Assembly: GCA_047495785.1 (NCBI GenBank)
Contig: JBLDXI010000017.1
Coordinates: 2,480,001 to 2,544,000 of the forward strand
Reading direction: 5' to 3'
DNA length: 64,000 nucleotides
Origin: Lepidodermella squamata
Lineage: Eukaryota; Animalia; Gastrotricha
The notes below the pieces were generated by a model. That model ran no database searches, was not told the origin of the DNA, and saw only the letters and a program-made list of their open reading frames with translations. The translations under genes were made by a program, and so were the position numbers. Shown here one piece after another: positions 63,174 to 64,000 of this stretch (within the stretch, counting starts at the first letter, position 1; each line of letters begins with the position of its first letter).

Positions 63174-64000
63174 GACTCATCCGCCTTTCCGTGTTCCTTC
63201 ATCATGATTATATTAACCGACAAGTCGAGGAAGATAGGAACACAAAATGCGATCATTTTCTTCACTCTAGTCGTTGTAAAATGTCGTCGGTCGTTGAGAA
63301 CAAAAAAATACTACGCTTTTACTGTGTCTTTTCTTCTTCTTCTTCTTCTTCTTCGCGATTGTGAATATTTTGCACCAATTACGCGCGCCTAATGAAATTG
63401 AGACACAACTTTGAAATTGATTCTACCCTACGAAGCATTGTTGATGTAGATTGAACCGAGCGAAAAGCCTGTTACCTCGCGCTCACGGTTGTTCGTCATG
63501 ATGACTCGCTCTATATAATTTTCTACCTTGGAAAATCACTTTGTAAATATCGCCGTTACATCATAGTAGGCATAGCGTTGATGAAAAGAGAGCTTTTTCT
63601 GCAGAAAATCGTACATGACAGTACAAAACGATGAGTTTTTGTTGTAAATAGCCGCAACGGTATCTTTTTACCTTTTACAGCCAAATTAACATGCCAAACA
63701 TTTCAAGCACGTTGTGTGCCCCTTTCCTGATGTTGTTCGGTCGCATAATATCTTTTCTTTTTATGAAAAACCTCGCGATACTGTTAAGTTTATTCACTTA
63801 TTATATCGAATAATAATAGCCACCAATGCATGCTGGGATGAATTATTATATACTATGTAAAGATTTCAGGTTTAAGAAGATGATTAGATGTTCGATCTTT
63901 CATTTTCTTTGTTTTTCCATTTTCATTTCAATCACGCGTTCTTGAATGCGCGCGATCGGTTTCAGAAATTATATAAGCGATGAACCAAAATCCTATTGTT

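Noticed and set aside
1-64000. CRISPR arrays, rRNA, intact tRNA genes, prokaryotic operons or contamination
   Set aside because: No repeat-spacer arrays or complete RNA gene structures were seen, and spliceosomal introns occur throughout.

Overview
Eukaryotic (animal) genomic DNA from a compact genome with AT-rich GT-AG introns of about 50-70 nt. The species cannot be identified from the sequence. The left half is an array of 9 divergent single-domain globin genes (2.2-26.7 kb). Interspersed among them are three S1 serine-protease(-homolog) genes, a small probably GPI-anchored protein and an atypical Cys-loop ion-channel subunit. Tim9 follows the array, and two convergent ASTE1/FAM120-like PIN-domain paralogs bracket the whole block. 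Next come a 199-bp MITE and a possible decayed Penelope-like fragment, four tandem full-length ABCB1/P-glycoprotein genes (33-55 kb), and a Meis/homothorax TALE homeobox gene with long introns (56.7-63.2 kb). The globin array is the most notable feature. All 9 members share an aromatic pre-A motif and a G11 Cys. Six carry Cys at E18, the position proposed to bind sulfide in annelid hemoglobins. One has a Leu in place of the distal His, one has lost all three haem-contact hallmarks, and intron content ranges from 0 to 4. All gene models were spliced by eye and no database searches were run.
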